Below, in pieces: positions 28,398 through 34,081 of a stretch of DNA of 34,081 bases. The DNA is taken from IMG/VR virus record IMGVR_UViG_3300016667_000440, positions 1 through 34,081 of that record; one strand, 5' to 3'. The notes beneath the pieces are model-generated. The model made no database searches. It worked only from the letters and a program-made list of their open reading frames with translations, and was not told the origin of the DNA. The translations under genes were made by a program, and so were the position numbers. This DNA comes from a virus (lineage: Duplodnaviria > Caudoviricetes). Within the stretch, counting starts at the first letter, position 1; each line of letters begins with the position of its first letter.

Positions 28398-31300
28398 TTA
28401 CTCTGTACTTTTGTTTTTATTTAATTTAGTAGGTTTAGATGCAGGTGCTAATATATCATCATTTATATCAGTATTAGTAGTTGTCTGTTTTGATTTAAAA
28501 CCAAAATGTGCCATTCCTTGTGCCATATCTTTTGCATAAGCTTCCATTTCTTCTTCAGTCATTTCACCAGCAGTTCTTTTTTTACCAGTACTTTTTTTAC
28601 TACTACTTTTTTTACCACTACCTGTTTTACAATTTTCTTGTTGTTCTTTAGCTTTTTCAGTAGTTGTTTCAGCTGCTTGATTACTAGTTTTTGTAGTTTT
28701 ACCTTTACTAGCAGTTTTTTTACCTTTATATGTTTTTTTCTCAGGTTTTGCTAAAGGTTGATCTGCTATAAAAGTATTTTTAGTTTTTATTAAACCATCA
28801 TTATCTGTTTTTAATATAACATTTTTTGAAGCAAATAATATATCTTCAGACTTAGTTTTTGAATCAGCAGTTTCTAAAGGTTCTGATACAGCATTTGTAG
28901 TTAATATTGGATCACTTGCTTTACCTCCATTAAACAAATAAGAAAGATATCCTCCTTTTATTTGTTCCCAAGATATCTCATTTGTAGTTCTATTTAAATA
29001 AGGTTTATAATAAACTCCTCCTCTACCAGCAGCTGTTTGCAACATTGCTGTAGGTATATTAATTCTTTTAGTAGCTAAGAAAGCAATAAGATTTCTACGT
29101 TCTACACTATCTTTTCCTAAATTAGCAATAGTTACAGAAGTAAATATATTGTTATTGTTAGGATCAGGAAAATGTACTTTACCACCTTGGATATAAATAC
29201 TATTTTTATTTAACTTACCTTTACCACTTTTAGTAGCATTTTTAGGTACTCCCCAATAGATAATATTATTCATTAAAGATAATCTATTAGAAGACATAAA
29301 AACAGGCAATTTACTACCTTGTTTTTTATCATAATAATACTCACCTGTTTCAGAATTATTTATATTAACAAATAAATCTTGTAAAGCACTATCTTTATTA
29401 CTACCATACTTTTGAATAATATGTAATATTAAATCAATTTCATCACTATTTACAAATCTTTGTGTAGCATAAAAATATTCTTTTGTTTCTTTATTGTAAA
29501 TAATAACTGAACCTATTTTAGCATTCTTAACTATAATATTACTACCTTGTAATTTTTGCATAGATTTAGTAACTACTGTTACAGTTACTTTATCTAAACC
29601 TTCCTCTGTTGAAACATCAATGCCTCTTTTATATCTAAGAACATTTCTTACAGGTTTGTAATTATTAATCTTATTACCTTTACTATCTTTATTATTAGTA
29701 GTTAATAATATACCATTAGTAACTGAATCTATAGGTAAATATACTTCACCTTCTTTTAAATCATTAATAATTTTACTAATAGATTCTTTATGTTTAGCAA
29801 TAGCAAAATTAACAATCTCTTCTCTTATTTCGAATAAAGGTACAAGATTTTCATTTTTCTTCCAACTTAAAGCACTAAATGGATCATGTTTAGTATTTAT
29901 AATAGCACTACTTGGTAATGGTCCTTCATGTTTACTATATTTCTTATAAAAATCTAATAAACCTTTCATATTGATTTTATCAATAGAACCATCTTTTTTT
30001 AAAGTACCAGCAAATAATCTATCAGATTCAGGTAAAAATGTAAATACATATCCACCATCTCCATTAAGTTTACCATTAACATCAGCTTTAATAAATGAAC
30101 CATCTTTAGTAGATACCATAGCAACTACTATAGTATTATCTGTTTCATTACCTTTTAATGCATTCTTAACAGCTTTTTTTAGATCATCAGGCATCTGATC
30201 ATCTGTTTTATAATGGAATGCTTGTAGAGTATATTCAGCTTTCTTATATGGATCTTTAATATCAGGATTCATTTCTAAGAATGAGTTCCATCTTCTAGAG
30301 TCATCATTAGAATTAAGTATAGGTTTACCATTATTATCATATAAAGTTTGGAATGTTTTAGAATCTGGTAAGTATTCCACAACTTTATTAGTTGTATAAT
30401 ATAAATTACTACTTAAAGCACCTTTGTATAAGTTAGCAGATGCTTGTTGAGTAGGAGGATTATCTTGACTAAACTTAGGATCACTTTCTTGGCTAAGAGG
30501 TATTTTAGTTGCTCTTAGTGCACGATTTAAAGCAATAGCATAATCTATTGCTATTTTATCTATATTAGCTTTTAAATTATCTACAAAAGATTCTTGTGAT
30601 TTAAATTCAATTAAATTATCAATTGTTCTTAATTCTTTATTTAATTTATCAAGATCTTGTTTAGTAAGTAATATTTCATTTTCAATACTTTGTTGTTCAG
30701 CATAATTAGCTTGAATTTCAAGTTCTTGTTGTACCTTATAATAATCTTGCATAAACCTATCATAAGCTTGATTAGGTGTTATGTTATTACGTTCAGCATA
30801 TTTATTTATACCATATTGAAATCTAGCAAATTGAGTAGGATCTTTAAATAATTTTTCAATATTATTTCCAGATACAGGATAAAATACTTTCCATTTATTA
30901 GTAAACCAAGCAGGCATATCTGCTTGTTTAGTACCAACTACAAAGTTTTTATAAGCAACTGATTTAGCTTTTAGAGCTTCAAGAAAATCTATTTTTCTAT
31001 TTAATATCTGAATTCTATTTTCAACACTTTGTTTTAATTCATTTAAATTATCTAAAGCTTCATTATAATCAGTCATGTCAGCTAATGTTTCTAAATCTTC
31101 AACAAGACTTAAACCCATTACTCTATCTATATTATCTATAAATCCACTTTCTAAAGTATTTAAAAATTGTCTAATAGAAAAGTTTTCTTTTTCTAAAGAC
31201 TCTTTAATTAAATCAATTAAATCATTAACTTCTTGTTTTTGTCTATTAATAGCATTAATAGATTTATTAATTCTTTCTATTGATTTATTACAAACTTCTA

Positions 31301-34079
31301 ATTGTTCAGTAAGATTTTTAATTAAACTATCAATTAATTCTTTATCAGCAACATTATTTTTAACATCCTCAGCTAATTGTTTAGCATAAAATAGTTCTTT
31401 TTCTATTTTATCTTTATTAGTTAACTCATCATAAATATTATCTAGTTCTGTTCTAACATCACGATTTAATTCACTAGCTAATTTTTGTAAAGCATCAATT
31501 TTAGCTTGATTAGATCTTCTAATATTTAATTTAGTTTTTAATGCTTTAGCTTCTTCTTTAGATAAAAACTTTATTTTATTATAATATTGAATAGCAAACT
31601 TATCATCAAAGGCAATTTCTTTACCATCTTTATCTACAATATAACCATTATCTTCAAGATTTTTAATAAATCCTCCTGATGTATTAGCAGAAATTGCTTG
31701 TGCAATTAAATCCTCATAATCAAGTGTAACTTGTTTTATACCATCTACATTCTTAGGATCCATTTCAGCTATAATACCATCTCTTTCAGCAATTAGATCT
31801 TTTCTAATTTGTACAGCATTAGTAGATTCTATTTCAAATGTTCTAGTACCTTTACTATCAGTCATGGTAAAGAATGTACCAAAATAAGGATTACCATCTT
31901 TATCTACATAACCAGCATCCTTAGCTCTAGTTTTAACAAGATTAAGTTTAGCTTCATCATCTAATTCAGCATTAAACTCATTCATTTCTTTTTGATTCTT
32001 AGCTGCATTAGCTTCTTCAATTCTTTTATTAATTGCAGTTACTAAATCAGAAAAATCATTCTTACTAAGTTGAGCTAAAGTAACATTAGCACTTGCTCTT
32101 TCAGTAATTAAATCTACATAATCTTGAAACAATTGTCTTGTTTGTTTAACATCAACACCATTAAGTTTAGCATCAAGAGTGTTCATAAACTTATTAAACT
32201 CATCAATAATAGTTTTTCTGTTGGCTTTACCACCTTCAAAATCTTGTGTAAAACTATCATCAACAAGTTTTTGTAAATTCATTACATCACTTACTTGATC
32301 AGCATTTTTATCATCACTTACTTTATAATGTCTAGTTAAAATATCAGATACTTTACTTCTCAAATCTGCTATTCTTTCATCTCTTTTTTTACCCATATAA
32401 AACATTTGGGTAATCATATCTCTAGCTAATATTTCAACATCTTTACCATTCTCATCTTTTATTTTAACAAAAGTGTTTTGATATAGAGTTGATAAGTTAT
32501 CTTTCAAATCTCTAAGATTTTGATATTCTGTTTTAACTTTATTAATTGTACTAGTAATAGTTGATTTAATTTCAGTAGCATCTTTATTTTCAAAATAACT
32601 TACTTCTTGACCATCAGAATTTATATAACTGTATTTCTTTTTAATTTCTTCAATATCTAAATCTGCTTCAGATTCTATTAAATCTAAAAAGTCTTCGTAT
32701 TTACCTGCATCAATAAAAGCATTAGCCAGATTAAAAAACTTTTGATGTTTTAAATCTTCATATGCTTTTCTATTATTTTCAAGAATAGCATTATTTTGTT
32801 CACCTGATAAAGCAATATTACTATAAAAAGCTTTAGCTAATATAGAATCTTTATTATTAGTTAAATTACCTTCTTGAATAAATTTATTAAGATTTTCTAT
32901 AACTCTAGCTTCGTCAGCAGTTCTAGCTTTAAGATCTTTTAGTTCACTCATAAAACCACCACCAACACCTGGTATACCTACTGCACCAAATAAAGCTCCA
33001 GCAAAGAAATTTTCCCAACCTTCAGCAGAACCATAAGTTTCAGAAAAACCATCAGATAATGCTTTACCTAAACTTTGTGCATAATCATTACCATTATATA
33101 AAGCATTAATATAACTACCTGTAGCTTTATCAATAAGAAACTGTACTTGTTCTTCTTGAGATTCTCTAAAAGCATCAACAGCTTTTTTCTTAATTGCTGT
33201 TTTCATAATTGATGGAGCTACATAATTATATCCTGTAGCAATACTACCTTCTGCTTTACCTATTACATTTTTTACATTATAATCATAAGGTTTTAAAAAG
33301 CTATCTCTCCATCCTAAATAATTACTTCCAGTTAATACTAAAGCATTTGATAACCAAGAAACATTTTGATATGCTTCTACTTGCTTATCAATTTTTTTTA
33401 ACTCCTCATTATATTCATCTTCAGTAATTAAACCTTGTTTATATTTTTGATTTAAAGGTGTTAATAATGATTCTCTATATTGATTACCATTACCAATAGC
33501 TTCCATTCTAGCTTCACCAAAAGAACCTAATGTTGATGCTCCTGCTTGTACTTGGAAAGTTTTAGCTCTAACTTTTTGAGCTGCATTTCCTAAATCTTTC
33601 ATAACAGCTTCAGATGCTGCATTATACATTGCAGGATCATTTTTAGCAATATTAATTATTTCATCTATATTTTTAGCAGCTATATCTTCACCTAGTCCTA
33701 ATTTTGTTGCAGCATTTTGTATAGTTTTAAATTCAGTTCTAGCAGCTTCTAATCTAGTTAATTTAGATAATCCAGCTCCAACTAATTTACTAGCACTCAT
33801 AGCACCTACCATAAAGCCAGCATTCTTTAATATATTTTCACCCCAAAAGTTAGCAGCACCTTCAGCACTTAAAGCATTTTCCCACCACTCATTATCCATT
33901 TCTTTTTTAGTTCTATAATTAACTAAAACATCACTATCAAGCCATTCATTAAAATCATTTAAACTTCTTGAAACAGGATTATTTACAAAAGCATTAAGTA
34001 CAGATTTAGTACTATCCCACCAATTATCTTCTTTATCATCTGTGGCTAATTCAATACTTCTTAAACCCATATTAAGTAA
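28398..34079 (-). CDS. 5'-truncated giant virion cargo/ejection protein (membrane-like helices plus long coiled coil)
   Basis: At least 1890 aa; the frame stays open to the window edge. Gly/Ala-rich hydrophobic segments (AGFMVGAMSASKLVGAGL, FFAGALFGAVGIPGVGGG), EARMEA and ESQEEQVQ motifs, extended coiled coils and a Lys-rich C-terminal tail. Immediately upstream of the virion RNAP. Confidence 0.75.
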   Translation of the reverse strand, partial: LLNMGLRSIELATDDKEDNWWDSTKSVLNAFVNNPVSRSLNDFNEWLDSDVLVNYRTKKEMDNEWWENALSAEGAANFWGENILKNAGFMVGAMSASKLVGAGLSKLTRLEAARTEFKTIQNAATKLGLGEDIAAKNIDEIINIAKNDPAMYNAASEAVMKDLGNAAQKVRAKTFQVQAGASTLGSFGEARMEAIGNGNQYRESLLTPLNQKYKQGLITEDEYNEELKKIDKQVEAYQNVSWLSNALVLTGSNYLGWRDSFLKPYDYNVKNVIGKAEGSIATGYNYVAPSIMKTAIKKKAVDAFRESQEEQVQFLIDKATGSYINALYNGNDYAQSLGKALSDGFSETYGSAEGWENFFAGALFGAVGIPGVGGGFMSELKDLKARTADEARVIENLNKFIQEGNLTNNKDSILAKAFYSNIALSGEQNNAILENNRKAYEDLKHQKFFNLANAFIDAGKYEDFLDLIESEADLDIEEIKKKYSYINSDGQEVSYFENKDATEIKSTITSTINKVKTEYQNLRDLKDNLSTLYQNTFVKIKDENGKDVEILARDMITQMFYMGKKRDERIADLRSKVSDILTRHYKVSDDKNADQVSDVMNLQKLVDDSFTQDFEGGKANRKTIIDEFNKFMNTLDAKLNGVDVKQTRQLFQDYVDLITERASANVTLAQLSKNDFSDLVTAINKRIEEANAAKNQKEMNEFNAELDDEAKLNLVKTRAKDAGYVDKDGNPYFGTFFTMTDSKGTRTFEIESTNAVQIRKDLIAERDGIIAEMDPKNVDGIKQVTLDYEDLIAQAISANTSGGFIKNLEDNGYIVDKDGKEIAFDDKFAIQYYNKIKFLSKEEAKALKTKLNIRRSNQAKIDALQKLASELNRDVRTELDNIYDELTNKDKIEKELFYAKQLAEDVKNNVADKELIDSLIKNLTEQLEVCNKSIERINKSINAINRQKQEVNDLIDLIKESLEKENFSIRQFLNTLESGFIDNIDRVMGLSLVEDLETLADMTDYNEALDNLNELKQSVENRIQILNRKIDFLEALKAKSVAYKNFVVGTKQADMPAWFTNKWKVFYPVSGNNIEKLFKDPTQFARFQYGINKYAERNNITPNQAYDRFMQDYYKVQQELEIQANYAEQQSIENEILLTKQDLDKLNKELRTIDNLIEFKSQESFVDNLKANIDKIAIDYAIALNRALRATKIPLSQESDPKFSQDNPPTQQASANLYKGALSSNLYYTTNKVVEYLPDSKTFQTLYDNNGKPILNSNDDSRRWNSFLEMNPDIKDPYKKAEYTLQAFHYKTDDQMPDDLKKAVKNALKGNETDNTIVVAMVSTKDGSFIKADVNGKLNGDGGYVFTFLPESDRLFAGTLKKDGSIDKINMKGLLDFYKKYSKHEGPLPSSAIINTKHDPFSALSWKKNENLVPLFEIREEIVNFAIAKHKESISKIINDLKEGEVYLPIDSVTNGILLTTNNKDSKGNKINNYKPVRNVLRYKRGIDVSTEEGLDKVTVTVVTKSMQKLQGSNIIVKNAKIGSVIIYNKETKEYFYATQRFVNSDEIDLILHIIQKYGSNKDSALQDLFVNINNSETGEYYYDKKQGSKLPVFMSSNRLSLMNNIIYWGVPKNATKSGKGKLNKNSIYIQGGKVHFPDPNNNNIFTSVTIANLGKDSVERRNLIAFLATKRINIPTAMLQTAAGRGGVYYKPYLNRTTNEISWEQIKGGYLSYLFNGGKASDPILTTNAVSEPLETADSKTKSEDILFASKNVILKTDNDGLIKTKNTFIADQPLAKPEKKTYKGKKTASKGKTTKTSNQAAETTTEKAKEQQENCKTGSGKKSSSKKSTGKKRTAGEMTEEEMEAYAKDMAQGMAHFGFKSKQTTTNTDINDDILAPASKPTKLNKNKSTE

Positions 34080-34081
34080 AC

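Noticed and set aside
20106-31389. Plus-strand ORFs 20106..20291, 26012..26215, 28506..28754, 29971..30198 and 31075..31389
   Set aside because: All are antisense to long - strand genes, have low-complexity translations and show no motifs.
1-34081. Stop-codon reassignment (TAG or TGA), known in some crAss-like phages
   Set aside because: Multi-kb ORFs are uninterrupted in code 11, and TAG/TGA end genes right at the next gene start (e.g. 2936, 8413, 8996).
1-34081. tRNA or other structured RNA genes
   Set aside because: Intergenic gaps are under 100 nt and none shows a cloverleaf or T-loop motif.

Overview
AT-rich fragment of a crAss-like (Crassvirales-type) phage genome, probably infecting Bacteroidota and read in the standard genetic code. 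The + strand (1-14002) is a replication and nucleotide-metabolism operon: DnaB-like helicase, AAA_24/Sak4-like ATPase, SSB, atypical primase, RusA-like resolvase, 5'-3' exonuclease, DUF5664-like dNTP diphosphohydrolase, dUTPase, 3'-5' exonuclease, UVR-motif protein, class II RNR, PhoH and an AP2-like protein. It converges at a hairpin terminator (~14007-14038) with a - strand block of giant virion cargo genes. These are a 5'-truncated >1890 aa membrane/coiled-coil protein, a 2624 aa virion RNA polymerase (GSDYDIDK), a ferritin-like protein, a 541 aa zincin/P-loop polyvalent protein and a 1395 aa PD-(D/E)XK-containing protein. Three signals stand out. (1) Accessory domains in the cargo proteins are bounded by short in-frame DNA direct repeats, suggesting a domain-cassette exchange system. 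(2) Nearly Cys-free cargo proteins carry Cys at their extreme termini in gene order, suggesting head-to-tail disulfide chaining. (3) A GC-rich hairpin upstream of nrdJ has the Bacteroidota -7 promoter element as its exact loop. All family calls come from motif recognition by eye; no database searches were run.
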